A DNA stretch of 64,000 bases from a virus (IMGVR_UViG_2939521961_000011); one strand, 5' to 3'. Shown: positions 1 through 9,073, counted from the stretch's first letter. Program-made: numbers and translations. Notes: a model not told the origin generated them from the sequence alone.

Positions 1-70
1 CGCCCGCTCTCCAGCTCAACGCCAATTGCACGACGCCCCAGCGCCATTGCTGCTTTGACGCTACGGACAT

Positions 71-99
71 AAAAAAGCCAGCCACTGGGGGAGGCTGGC
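71..99 (-). terminator. Rho-independent terminator downstream of prophage A Q
   Basis: Stem gccagcc/ggctggc with a 10-nt loop, followed by a T-run on the minus strand. Confidence 0.4.
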
Positions 100-281
100 G
101 AAACTCGTAGAGCAAAAGTGTTGTTACACTAACTTCGTCACAGGGTTATCCTGCAATACTCAAAATACACAATATTTACAAAACTAATAGTATACAAGGC
201 GATCTTTAAGATTTTGTTATTAATTGTGGTCGCACCTTCCTTTCTGTGTACTTTCCGTATAGCTCACAGGATTCTGGGTAC

Positions 282-306
282 AAAAAAACCCGCGCATCGG
301 CGGGTT
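282..306 (-). terminator. tR'-like terminator of the late leader transcript (prophage A)
   Basis: GC stem cccgc/gcggg followed by a T7 run on the minus strand, about 60 nt downstream of a promoter-like element. Confidence 0.5.
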
Positions 307-352
307 CTTAAATCTTATCAACGGTAGACATACAAAGCCCATCATTGGGAAA

Positions 353-381
353 ATCTTATCCATATTTTTTGAAAAATGCAA
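353..381 (-). promoter_or_regulatory. Candidate late promoter pR' immediately downstream of Q (prophage A)
   Basis: Minus strand reads TTGCAT, 17-bp spacer, TAAGAT; position matches lambdoid pR' between Q and tR'. Confidence 0.35.
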
Positions 382-412
382 GCATCATGTCGTCATCTTC
401 GGCGAAAACCAT

Positions 413-1165
413 TTATCTTGTCACCTTTCTCAATTGTATCTCTGCATATGCTTCTTCCTGCCAGCACTTTGTAACCAGTTTATCAATGACATCTGCATAT
501 CCTTTGTACCACTGATAATCCGTCAGGTCTGGTACCAGCTTCTGGACATGAAGCCGCGCCAGTGTGGTTGGTAAACTGCTAAACCGGTTTCCATTGCAAC
601 GCCCACAAACCTTATAAACAGGCGTGCCATGAAGCCGGGTTCTTTTTTCATCCAGGACAATACCTTTACCCTTGCACCCTCTGCATGCTGTGCTGACTTC
701 TCCCTTACCATGACAATGCTGACATAGTTCCTTCACCCACTCTTCCTTAATAACAGATTCCCCGCTTCTGGAGTGTTTCACCACCTCGCGCAATACATTA
801 TGAAATCCAGTACCAGCACAATGCTCACAGCGAGCCTTACTTGCCGCAGACCTGGAATAATCAGCAAAGGCAAAATTCACAAGGTAAGGAATGATCTGTA
901 GCCGGGTTTCTTCACTCAATTTATTCAATGTCGGGTTATCCAGTGCCATCGCGTAATTGAGCAGACCTTCAATCGCAAACTGAGGATCCTGAACACCAAC
1001 TTTTGCCAGGAATAAAGCAAACCCAAGCGGTGCTTTTGACTGCACCATCCCCTGCGCAGCCATCACATCCGTAATTGTTAAACCACCAGAGCCTGTCGCC
1101 GGTGCGTCATCGCTCAGTTTTGGAGATTTCGGGGAGTAATATTTCGGTAAGGCTTCAAGGTTCAT
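413..1165 (-). CDS. Q: Late-gene antitermination protein Q (zinc-finger type)
   Basis: N-terminus LPKYYSPKSP shared with the second Q at 46741..47562; CxxC-GxG zinc-finger repeats; sits upstream of pR'/tR'. Start taken at the internal ATG with a GGAG RBS. Confidence 0.8.
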   Translation of the reverse strand: MNLEALPKYYSPKSPKLSDDAPATGSGGLTITDVMAAQGMVQSKAPLGFALFLAKVGVQDPQFAIEGLLNYAMALDNPTLNKLSEETRLQIIPYLVNFAFADYSRSAASKARCEHCAGTGFHNVLREVVKHSRSGESVIKEEWVKELCQHCHGKGEVSTACRGCKGKGIVLDEKRTRLHGTPVYKVCGRCNGNRFSSLPTTLARLHVQKLVPDLTDYQWYKGYADVIDKLVTKCWQEEAYAEIQLRKVTR

Positions 1166-1178
1166 GCTCGTTCTCCAC

Positions 1179-2228
1179 TTACGCCAGTACGCCAATTGCC
1201 AGCGCACGATCGATAAAACGAAATATCAGCTCCAGCTGAGAGCCATACTTCTCTTCAAATGCCACGGTATCCGCATGAAGCTCGTTGTGATGCTCCCGAC
1301 ACAGCGGTAGCGTGAAAATATCGTGAGATTTTGTCCCCATTCCGCCCTGACCATGACCAATCAGGTGATGGGGATCGTCGGCTGGCTTACCACAACACGC
1401 ACACGGCTGTGTCTTTACCCAGCGTGTGTATTTCTCATTTACCCAGCGGCGACGTTTAGGTCGTTTCATGAAGGATTCCGGAGACTCCGGATCAACGGCA
1501 ATGCTGACCACCGTCTTTTCCTGTGGTGGGTTCTGTTGCTGGTGGGTGTGAGACGGTAGCGCAATATTTTTTGTGCGCTGCTTCAGTATGCTGGTGGCGG
1601 TCTGTTCTCCCGGTATGATGTCGCTTTCACGGTATACGGAGCGGATTTTTTCCGCACGCAACCCCAGCGAACGACGTAATACCGCTTCCGGTAGCGCGTC
1701 CGCCACCTGATTGCGGACCGCCCACCAGGATAATTCAGCCAGCGATAATTCCCGTTCCTGTATGCCATTCATTGCGTGGCGGATGACGTCAATCATCCAT
1801 GCTGACAGGTTTTGTTGAGCAAGTTGCTCGAGTGATTCTGATGTCTGGTCGCGCAGCTGGTTGTCACAGTGCCAGCACAACACCATCGCGCCGGTACCAT
1901 AACGGTGAATGACTGTTTCGCTGTGATGATAATCGCCGTGTGGCCACTGGCAGGATTTCACGTGACGTAATAACCAGTCAGACAGTGCACCTGCACCACC
2001 TGCTGCACGAATAACCCGCTCATCGCTGAAAAATGGCAGTAATGTTTTATCCTCTGCCAGCGGCTGGCGAACGGCAGGAACGACTCCGGACGGCAGACCG
2101 CGCATGTTTTTCGGTTCCGGCTCCACCAATATTCTGCCGTTATGGAATACTGACATTGATTCACGGCCTGGCTTAACGATAACCAGACCGAGTTCCGGTA
2201 CCAGAACAGGTCGAAGTAATACCCGCAC
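1179..2228 (-). CDS. DUF968-family protein with C-terminal HNH-like motif (YdfU-like)
   Basis: 349 aa; C-terminal CACCGKP..HHL..LCREHHNELH motif; paralog at 47946..49049; standard position next to Q. GTG start 1 nt after the upstream stop. Confidence 0.7.
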   Translation of the reverse strand: MRVLLRPVLVPELGLVIVKPGRESMSVFHNGRILVEPEPKNMRGLPSGVVPAVRQPLAEDKTLLPFFSDERVIRAAGGAGALSDWLLRHVKSCQWPHGDYHHSETVIHRYGTGAMVLCWHCDNQLRDQTSESLEQLAQQNLSAWMIDVIRHAMNGIQERELSLAELSWWAVRNQVADALPEAVLRRSLGLRAEKIRSVYRESDIIPGEQTATSILKQRTKNIALPSHTHQQQNPPQEKTVVSIAVDPESPESFMKRPKRRRWVNEKYTRWVKTQPCACCGKPADDPHHLIGHGQGGMGTKSHDIFTLPLCREHHNELHADTVAFEEKYGSQLELIFRFIDRALAIGVLA

Positions 2229-2229
2229 G

Positions 2230-2517
2230 TTACCTCCAGATGCGCTGCTGGAATGTGCGGGACGGACGCGGTGGGCGTTCGGAATAAGGGAGCCTGGCGG
2301 AGATTATCCAGTGACGACGATCGAAGCTGAGATCTTTCTGAAACTCGTAACCACGCCTGCGGTAACACTGGATCAGCCATTCGGCCTGTTCTTCAGTGCA
2401 TAGGGGATGCTGGAACCAGTCGGTTTTAAATACGTGCGAACACCGTCCTTGCCTACTGGCAAGGGCGGCAGAATTGTGCAATCTGCTATCGTGCGCCATC
2501 GGGATCTCCGGTGGCAC
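2230..2517 (-). CDS. Small Rem-like prophage protein, function unknown
   Basis: 95-aa ORF coupled to the DUF968 gene; paralog at 48997..49269 in the same position. Confidence 0.45.
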   Translation of the reverse strand: MPPEIPMAHDSRLHNSAALASRQGRCSHVFKTDWFQHPLCTEEQAEWLIQCYRRRGYEFQKDLSFDRRHWIISARLPYSERPPRPSRTFQQRIWR

Positions 2518-2552
2518 GGTGTTTCTCAGCGACGGTTCAAGTCAGCCTGATT

Positions 2553-2825
2553 TTATAGCTGCTTCTGAATATCATCAACAGGTAATCCTGCCAACTCTCT
2601 TACCTCAGAAAGAAGAGAAAGGCTTACAACAACCTCATTACTTCGCATAACAAAACCACATTGAAAAGAACCATCACTGTTTCTGTAAACAACAACCGGG
2701 CGCGTGCTCTCATAAAACCCCGGGATCAAACTGGCTGGGATTTTCACAACACCTCCTGACGTAAAGGAAATGAAATGCATTATCGCTTCTCTCGGACTAT
2801 AACCATGAAAAGAGACGCATTTCAC
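2553..2825 (-). CDS. Hypothetical small protein
   Basis: 90-aa ORF with GTG start and weak RBS, divergent from the higB-like gene; no recognisable motif. Confidence 0.3.
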   Translation of the reverse strand: MKCVSFHGYSPREAIMHFISFTSGGVVKIPASLIPGFYESTRPVVVYRNSDGSFQCGFVMRSNEVVVSLSLLSEVRELAGLPVDDIQKQL

Positions 2826-3003
2826 TCAGTAAATCTGAGGATTTTATGCGCAAGAACAATGACTTTTTCTGTCTGCCGTTTATACAATCTGAATTACGTC
2901 TGTTTTTTGAACACCGATAAATCAGCAAGCATTCTCAAATAAAGATTGCCTCCATAGTCCACATGGTGTAACACTATGTGTTATATAAAATGCAGAGGCA
3001 GGT

Positions 3004-3375
3004 ATGCGAATTTTCAAAAACGCCTGGTTTGAACGTTTCGCTCGAAAACATCGGATTTCCGATAAATCGCTGCGCAAAATCGTGGAGCAGGCCGATAAGG
3101 GGATCATATCCGCAAATTTGGGTAGTGGTGTCATTAAACAAAGATTAGCCCGAAGTGGTGGCGGAAAATCAGGCGGTTACCGGACAATAATTTTTTACCG
3201 CGTTGCAGAAAAAGCCTTTTTCATCTACGCATACGCAAAGAATGAACGAGAGAATATCACTGCTATAGAGGAAAATGCTTTTCGAAAAGCCGCTCCCCAT
3301 GTCCTCAATCTTACTGATGAACAGCTGGCACAATTGATTCAACAAGGCCAGTTCACGGAGGTACCCAATGAGTAA
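3004..3375 (+). CDS. RelE-superfamily toxin, HigB-2-like
   Basis: GGGKSGGYR and IIFY..AY.KNE motifs typical of HigB-2/RelE-like toxins; overlaps the downstream HTH gene by 8 nt (toxin-first order). Confidence 0.7.
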   Translation: MRIFKNAWFERFARKHRISDKSLRKIVEQADKGIISANLGSGVIKQRLARSGGGKSGGYRTIIFYRVAEKAFFIYAYAKNERENITAIEENAFRKAAPHVLNLTDEQLAQLIQQGQFTEVPNE

Positions 3376-3685
3376 AAATTACCGCAGTGATGCACTTGCA
3401 TCTGTACATGAAATGATGGAGTCACTCCATGATATCGGTGCAATCACAAAACAAACTATGCGCGAATTCGATGAAACTTGTCTTCAGCCTGCGCCGGTAA
3501 TGTCTCCGGAAAGGATCCGTGCACTGCGAGAACGAGAGCATCTGTCTCAACCTGTTTTTGCCAGATACCTCAACGTCAGTAAAAACCTGATATCAGACTG
3601 GGAACGAGGAGTGAAACGCCCGGGAGGTGCAGCTCTTCGGCTTCTTTCAGTTGTCGAGAAAAACGGGATCCAGGTAATATCCTGA
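3368..3685 (+). CDS. HTH antitoxin, HigA-2-like
   Basis: 105 aa with a C-terminal helix-turn-helix region (LSQPVFARYLNVSKNLISDWERG), coupled to the upstream toxin. Confidence 0.7.
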   Translation: MSKNYRSDALASVHEMMESLHDIGAITKQTMREFDETCLQPAPVMSPERIRALREREHLSQPVFARYLNVSKNLISDWERGVKRPGGAALRLLSVVEKNGIQVIS

Positions 3686-3787
3686 TATTCTAATACAACA
3701 AAACCCGCCGAAGCAGGTTAAGTGCGGGTGCGTTGAGGATGCCTGACACATCAGAGGTGGCGAGGGATTTCTCCCTCGCCAGGTCTC

Positions 3788-3943
3788 TTACTCCTCAGGT
3801 TCGTAAGCTGTGAAGACAGCGACCTCCGTCTGGCCGGTTCGGATTCGTACCTCGCAGAGGTCTTTCCTCGTTACCAGTGCCGTCACTATGACGGTTAAAC
3901 AGATGACAATCAGGGCGATTAACATCGCCTTTTGCTGCTTCAT
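3788..3943 (-). CDS. hok: Hok-family type I toxin (HokD/RelF-like)
   Basis: 51 aa MKQQKAMLIALIVICLTVIVTALVTRKDLCEVRIRTGQTEVAVFTAYEPEE, the canonical Hok sequence; AAGGAG RBS. Confidence 0.9.
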   Translation of the reverse strand: MKQQKAMLIALIVICLTVIVTALVTRKDLCEVRIRTGQTEVAVFTAYEPEE

Positions 3944-4170
3944 AGCCTGCTTCTCCTTGCCTTTCGGCACGTAAGAGGCTAACCTACATGTGCAAAGCAT
4001 GAAATTGGCCTCAGATTAATGTTAAGCGTCCTGCAAGACGCGTAATGTTAACTGGGGCTTTTCTCTGTCTGCCTTACGGCGGCATGCCCGAGGCAGACAG
4101 CCTCAAGCACCCGCAGCAATTCTACTTAACTCTTCTTTCCCCGCAAATCATTTTATCCCCGATGGTAATG
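3944..4170. promoter_or_regulatory. hok leader and presumed Sok antisense-RNA region
   Basis: Conserved with the region upstream of the second hok (50011..50220); Hok loci carry an antisense Sok RNA and leader fold-back elements here. Confidence 0.4.
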
Positions 4171-4214
4171 TTCTCCCGATATGGGAATTCCCATATCAAG
4201 GTTAACTCAATCGG

Positions 4215-4766
4215 TTAAAGCTCCATTAATTTTCCGGCCAGTTCATCTCGTGGCATTACCAGCCATCCGCGCGATTTAAGCAAAGCCAGGGCTTCTTCAA
4301 CCGTCACCAGCTGGCCAGGCGCATAACTTCGGATGAAGGCGGTTTTATCGTCACGGATCGCCAGGTGAAAATCGATATTCATTTTTCCCATAGCCCGCTC
4401 TTTCTCGTACTGGTTGAAGTAACTGTCTTCGAGTTTTTCGAATACTTCCCACGCCTGATCGGTTTCGAGCATTTTTGCATGACGGGCTGCTCCGCGTTCT
4501 GTCCAGAGGATGAGAGTGCGGGTTTTGGGAGAAATTTTCACCTCATTTTGCGACTCGTTTAAAACTAGTCGCAAATTTTTGAGCTCATCACCAACAGCTT
4601 TAAAGAAGTGTTTTCCCTCAATAAATCGAGATTTATTTTCATGGTGATTCTGCTGTATACGGATTGCTTCTGTTCCGTAAAGGCGGGCGAGTAACTCAGT
4701 TGTGATTACAGGAATCTGGTTATAAGTGACAGGGGAAAGGTTTTTGACAGTAACTTGAGTCGTCAT
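4215..4766 (-). CDS. Phage antirepressor / Rha-KilA-type regulatory protein
   Basis: 183 aa with the N-terminal ELLARLYG...FIEGKHFF pattern of phage antirepressors; absent from the equivalent place in prophage B. Confidence 0.6.
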   Translation of the reverse strand: MTTQVTVKNLSPVTYNQIPVITTELLARLYGTEAIRIQQNHHENKSRFIEGKHFFKAVGDELKNLRLVLNESQNEVKISPKTRTLILWTERGAARHAKMLETDQAWEVFEKLEDSYFNQYEKERAMGKMNIDFHLAIRDDKTAFIRSYAPGQLVTVEEALALLKSRGWLVMPRDELAGKLMEL

Positions 4767-5037
4767 GATAACGCCCTCTGGTTGATGAATTTAACTATCA
4801 CCACCTTCAGGTCTCAATCATCAGGTGGCGAGACGTACAGGGTTGAGACTACCGGATCAACCAACCGGCCAGCCTTTCGGCTGCCCCATACGCCTCACCA
4901 TAATTCAGATGTGCGTGCGCATACGACAATAAAAAACACGCTCGCGGCGTGTGTCTGTCGCGGTTGAATATCCGGGGTCTCAATCCCGACGGTCAACTCG
5001 ACCGTGCGGTGAATATAGCCCCGGATTAGTAATTACG

Positions 5038-5121
5038 TCAACCCCAGCGGCAAATCGAATAAACCACCAGCGCTACCGCCATTGCAACTCCTGCCGTTAC
5101 GAATGCCTCAGGCCAGGTCAT
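5038..5121 (-). CDS. Conserved 27-aa hydrophobic small protein (MTWPEAFVTAGVAMAVALVVYSICRWG)
   Basis: ATG overlaps the upstream stop (ATGA); GAGGA RBS; near-identical copy at 50221..50304 differing mainly by synonymous changes. Confidence 0.5.
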   Translation of the reverse strand: MTWPEAFVTAGVAMAVALVVYSICRWG

Positions 5122-5303
5122 CGTAAACTATCCTCAGCGCCAATCAGTCCGTTTCGCTTCAGGCAGTCCATCGCTTTATACGGTAATTTGGCTGACAGGC
5201 GAAAATCACCCTGCAGCATCAGGCTTATTCCCTTATCCCGGGCTTTCGCTCTGACCGCTGCCTCGCTACGACCAATCAGACTGCCGATACTTTCGACAGT
5301 CAT
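5118..5303 (-). CDS. Small HTH-like phage protein
   Basis: HTH-like segment IGSLIGRSEAAVRAKARDKGIS; longer paralog at 51734..52015; start chosen to avoid overlap with the upstream gene. Confidence 0.4.
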   Translation of the reverse strand: MTVESIGSLIGRSEAAVRAKARDKGISLMLQGDFRLSAKLPYKAMDCLKRNGLIGAEDSLR

Positions 5304-5362
5304 CGTTCCCGCGCACTGCCGGAGTATCAGAATTTCAGCCCGGCACCACGTCTTCCACCCAC

Positions 5363-6124
5363 TCACCGCTGCTGTTCTCTGGTGGCGGTAATATCCCGGA
5401 GAATATCCCGGCACTTGTTCAGCTCCCGCAGCGCGGCGCAGACTCGCTCCCACTTCTGAACCTGACCTTTTGCCCGGCGCAGCTCGCGGTTAGCCACATG
5501 CAGCGATGGTAAAATCAGCCCATCCGGATGCTTTCTGGTGAACGACGGCTGTGACTGCACTGTGACCGCCACACTTTCCGTTTTTATTTCTTCCTGTGTT
5601 TCCGCTTCCCGGACTGGTAACGCAACACATGCTGGCTGAGGAAAGGCTTTACCATCGGTTTCCGCTACGGATGCAGCTTCCGGCTCTGCCGGTAAATCAG
5701 CGCCCGGTATGCAGTAACGAAATTTACCGTTCTGATTTACGCGTGCCAGGCGCCCCGTTGCTGTTACGACCGCCAACGTGGAAGCAACCTTGCGAATGCT
5801 AACACCGAACTTATCCGCCAGTTCCTCACACGTTTTAGCCCCATCCTGACAGATAAACTCAATCATCATGTCCGCGGTAACTTTTTGTTCGACCTCCCCG
5901 GTCAGCACATCCGGTACTTCAGACTGTGCTGGCTGTTCTTCGGTTACCCCGGATTCACCTTCACCAGCCAGAAACCAGGTGTGACCCGTTTTATCAACAA
6001 CGCCATTTTTTTTGAGTTCCCACAGTTCGTTGAGAACTTCTTCACGGCTGATATCAAGCCGCGCCGCCAGTTCAACAGAATTGGCTTTACCCATCGTTTT
6101 CAGTGCATGCAATACGGTTTCCAT
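5363..6124 (-). CDS. DUF1627-like phage protein with N-terminal winged-helix
   Basis: 253 aa, acidic linker, conserved C-terminus; paralog at 52048..52809; lies directly downstream of the DnaC-like gene. Confidence 0.65.
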   Translation of the reverse strand: METVLHALKTMGKANSVELAARLDISREEVLNELWELKKNGVVDKTGHTWFLAGEGESGVTEEQPAQSEVPDVLTGEVEQKVTADMMIEFICQDGAKTCEELADKFGVSIRKVASTLAVVTATGRLARVNQNGKFRYCIPGADLPAEPEAASVAETDGKAFPQPACVALPVREAETQEEIKTESVAVTVQSQPSFTRKHPDGLILPSLHVANRELRRAKGQVQKWERVCAALRELNKCRDILRDITATREQQR

Positions 6125-6153
6125 TAAAACTTCCTCCGGATAAAAATTACTTC

Positions 6154-6894
6154 TCAGTTCCTGTGCTGGCTGACGTTCGGACGCCAGCTCTCCCAGTTAA
6201 ACGTCACCCAGCGACCACCGTTCATGGACATGCGGTCCATCACCCGCTCGCCGAGAAGTGTATTCATCGCTGCATGGTTAAGATTTGTCAGCATCCCCAC
6301 ACTGAGTAACGATGCCGTTCTGCGGTCAACAATCTGATTCAGCGTGACCTGCTCATTACGCGTATCCCGTTGCATGCCAATTTCATCCAGTACCAGCAGG
6401 TCAACGCCACACAATCCCTGCAAAAATTTTTCGCCCGAGTTTTTGTTGTCGTAGCTGCCATGTAACGCCAGCATCACATCCGCCACTGTTATCACAATCA
6501 CACTGCGACCTTTCGCCAGAAGGTGGTTGCCAATAGCCGCCGCCAGGTGGTTTTTTCCTGTGCCAGGCCTGCCACTGAAAACAAAATTCGTACAGCCGCC
6601 TTCCAGCTCTGCCGCAATGGATTTCGCCTGACTCAGGGCATGGCGCTGACCATCGTTCTGCACCCGGTAGTTACCGAACGTACACTTCCGGTGAAGCGGC
6701 TGGATACCGGAGCGGTTAATGATTTTTTCAACCCGCGTCTGATGATTCAGACGATTAACCTCCTCGCTTCGCTTACGCCCTTCAGCAAGCTGCCATTCCC
6801 GCCACTCCGTCACCGTACGGTACGGAGGGATTGCATCCTGCGGCACAAATCTGCTGACTCTTGCCAGAACACCACCTGACGTAATGTTTTTCAT
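6154..6894 (-). CDS. Replication protein, DnaC-like helicase loader (IstB-type AAA+ ATPase)
   Basis: Walker [12 protein letters not shown] and Walker B LLVLDEIG; follows the O-like gene. Confidence 0.85.
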   Translation of the reverse strand: MKNITSGGVLARVSRFVPQDAIPPYRTVTEWREWQLAEGRKRSEEVNRLNHQTRVEKIINRSGIQPLHRKCTFGNYRVQNDGQRHALSQAKSIAAELEGGCTNFVFSGRPGTGKNHLAAAIGNHLLAKGRSVIVITVADVMLALHGSYDNKNSGEKFLQGLCGVDLLVLDEIGMQRDTRNEQVTLNQIVDRRTASLLSVGMLTNLNHAAMNTLLGERVMDRMSMNGGRWVTFNWESWRPNVSQHRN

Positions 6895-6900
6895 GATGCG

Positions 6901-7866
6901 CTACCCCCTGAAACCCGGCGGAATTTCGGTATCCGGTTCAGAAATATGATTCACGCAACGCTGCGCGGGACCACGCCACAGTCGAATAACCAGTTCATCC
7001 CATTTCTCACGGAGTTTTTCCGGGCTCTTGATGTTTTTTATCCAGAACGGATCCCGTTGTGCCCGGCTGAACATTTCGCAAATTTGTCTGTGACTTCTTC
7101 CATCCAGCATCCGCATTGTGCGCACGTCATTGGCCCACGCCGTCCAGTTGGGCTCTTTCGGTCGCGTGATCTCACCATCGTCACTGGCAGCCTGTTCGTA
7201 CAGGTTTACAACCCGCCCCCAGATCCACTGCGCACATGTCAAATCCTCCCGGGTTCCCCACTGGCGTTTTTTCACGCTGAACACAACTGCATCAGGATGG
7301 CGGGTTAAAAACGCCTGTTCAGCCGTCAACTCGTCCGGTTGCGAAGCGTCCGGACAAGAGAGTTTTTTATTCTCTGTTGTATTCTCTGTTGTATTCTCTG
7401 TAGGATCATCGGGCCATTTTGACCTGATGACATTGGGCCGTTTTGAACCAATGGAACGTTTCATTTTGACCTCTTCCATCGTGTCATTTTGACCTGATGG
7501 AGTGGCGCATTTTGACCCGATGGATTCGTTCACTTTGCCATCATCTAAAAGCGCGCTATCGTAGTTAATTGTGTAAAAATTAGTCATATCACGCTTCGAT
7601 TTATTGAGCTTTTCGCTACGCAAAAGCCCCAGCGCTTTCAGACTTGCAAACGCACGCTTTAACGTTGACTCTGACCAGAACGGAAACTGTTCCAGCCATT
7701 GTTCCGTTGTGTTGTAAATCCAGCGAACGCCATCACATTCCATGCCGGAACTGGTATCCCTCAACCAGTAATGCAGTTGCTGCAACACAATGGCTTCGTT
7801 TAAACCAATCTTCATCGCCAGCTGTGTGTTTATAACCAGCGGGCGTTCAGCAAAAAGAAGGCTCAT
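6901..7866 (-). CDS. Replication initiator O-like protein
   Basis: C-terminal domain shared with the second copy; iterons lie inside the ORF; TENTTENTTEN coding repeat. ORF-track start is GTG at 7908; first ATG at 7866. Confidence 0.8.
   Translation of the reverse strand: MSLLFAERPLVINTQLAMKIGLNEAIVLQQLHYWLRDTSSGMECDGVRWIYNTTEQWLEQFPFWSESTLKRAFASLKALGLLRSEKLNKSKRDMTNFYTINYDSALLDDGKVNESIGSKCATPSGQNDTMEEVKMKRSIGSKRPNVIRSKWPDDPTENTTENTTENKKLSCPDASQPDELTAEQAFLTRHPDAVVFSVKKRQWGTREDLTCAQWIWGRVVNLYEQAASDDGEITRPKEPNWTAWANDVRTMRMLDGRSHRQICEMFSRAQRDPFWIKNIKSPEKLREKWDELVIRLWRGPAQRCVNHISEPDTEIPPGFRG
7411..7525. repeat. Replication-origin iterons inside the O-like gene
   Basis: Five copies of CATTTTGACC(T/C)GATGG-like repeats spaced 23-24 bp, followed by an AT-rich stretch; lambda ori has the same layout inside O. 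Confidence 0.6.
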
Positions 7867-8368
7867 AATTCCATCCGGCTTTTTGTTGGTACTGGTGACG
7901 ATAGGCACGCTTGAAAGCGATTGCTTTTTCTATAAGCTCGTCTGTCTCACGTTCCACAACAGCTGGATCTGCAAAAAGCAGCCCGGACTCCACCACATCG
8001 CCATATTCTTTGTTTAACCCGGCAATCATGTACGTAATGCTTTTTCCGTCAGTAATTTCGCGGTACAACCTGAAATCACTAATCCGGATAGCCTCCATAA
8101 TTGCCGGAATCAGCGCCGTGAATTTTTCACGCTTATCCCTGGTGTCGATAGCCTTCCAGCGTTCGAATATCTTCACCCGGTTAACGCCCAGTGCCCGTTG
8201 ATCAACCTCGCCATCATTAAACGTGATGCGTTGAACATCGATGTTCGGGCGTTCTTTCAGAGCCCAGAATGCTTCCGTGATTAATATCGTCGCCTGTTCC
8301 TGTGTCATTCCTGGTCGGCACACCCAGGCATCCAGAGCCTCACAAACCTGTTCAGGGGTGATTTTCAT
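7847..8368 (-). CDS. YdaT-family regulatory protein (cII-position gene)
   Basis: 173 aa sharing the MKI...W...K.F.RW..DT.D...PAI...YREI pattern with the 141-aa copy at 54568..54993; sits between cro-like and O-like genes. Confidence 0.55.
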   Translation of the reverse strand: MKITPEQVCEALDAWVCRPGMTQEQATILITEAFWALKERPNIDVQRITFNDGEVDQRALGVNRVKIFERWKAIDTRDKREKFTALIPAIMEAIRISDFRLYREITDGKSITYMIAGLNKEYGDVVESGLLFADPAVVERETDELIEKAIAFKRAYRHQYQQKAGWNYEPSFC

Positions 8369-8582
8369 TGTTCAACCGCCCCGCCCGCTTTGCCTTACGA
8401 TATTCGTCATAAACTTTGGGGTCGTACTGAAGTTCCCCGCCGGATGCCTCTTGCAGGCGCATCGCGCGACCTTCAGGTACTAGCTCCCCTTTCCAGCTAT
8501 AAAGCGAAGCCAAACGAATACCAGCAGCTTGTGCAAGTTTTGTTTTTGAACCGAAATACAAAAGTGCGTCAGTTTTAAGCAT
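8352..8582 (-). CDS. dicC: Cro-like repressor, DicC-like
   Basis: 76 aa small HTH protein divergent from the repressor gene; sequence matches my recollection of Qin DicC. Confidence 0.75.
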   Translation of the reverse strand: MLKTDALLYFGSKTKLAQAAGIRLASLYSWKGELVPEGRAMRLQEASGGELQYDPKVYDEYRKAKRAGRLNNENHP

Positions 8583-8597
8583 TTAAAGCACCTTGAT

Positions 8598-8615
8598 TGT
8601 TAGCCATGACTAACA
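8598..8615. promoter_or_regulatory. Operator palindrome in the dicC/dicA divergent promoter region
   Basis: TGTTAGCCATGACTAACA inverted repeat; related half-sites TTAGTCATGGC recur at about 9111 and 9147. Confidence 0.5.
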
Positions 8616-8665
8616 AAATAGATGTTAACAAAAACATAGTCAATAAGATTTAGCATTAGCTAACT

Positions 8666-9073
8666 ATGGATACAAAAAATTTAACCATTGGCGAACGCAT
8701 TAGATATCGCCGAAAAAACCTCAAATACACCCAAAGGTCTCTTGCTAAAGTCCTGAAAATTTCTCACGTATCGGTTTCACAATGGGAGCGGGATGATAGC
8801 GAACCTACAGGAAAGAATCTTTTTGCCCTCAGCAAAGTACTGCAGTGCTCGCCAACATGGATTCTATTTGGCGATGAAGACAAGCAGCCATCACCACCTA
8901 TTGAGGAGCCAGTTGCTCTATCCCCCAAAGAACATGAGCTCCTTGAGCTTTTTAATGCATTGCCTGAATCAGAACAGGATGCTCAGCTCACCGAGATGCG
9001 CGCCCGAGTAAAAAATTTCAACAAACTCTTTGAAGAGTTATTAAAAGCCCGTCAACGAACAAACAAAAGATAA
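8666..9073 (+). CDS. dicA: Immunity repressor, DicA-like (HTH_XRE)
   Basis: 135 aa; HTH GERIRYRRKNLKYTQRSLAKVLKISHVSVSQWER; divergent from the cro-like gene with operators between. Confidence 0.85.
   Translation: MDTKNLTIGERIRYRRKNLKYTQRSLAKVLKISHVSVSQWERDDSEPTGKNLFALSKVLQCSPTWILFGDEDKQPSPPIEEPVALSPKEHELLELFNALPESEQDAQLTEMRARVKNFNKLFEELLKARQRTNKR

Noticed and set aside
4951-5391. 146-aa plus-strand ORF overlapping the 27-aa peptide and HTH genes
   Set aside because: Arg/Ser/Pro-rich low-complexity translation antisense to better-supported minus-strand genes.
7368-7403. Tandem 12-bp direct repeats (TATTCTCTGTTG x3) that might be taken for a CRISPR-like or iteron array
   Set aside because: They lie inside the O-like ORF and encode the TENTTENTTEN peptide repeat; no spacers; the real iterons are the downstream CATTTTGACC repeats.
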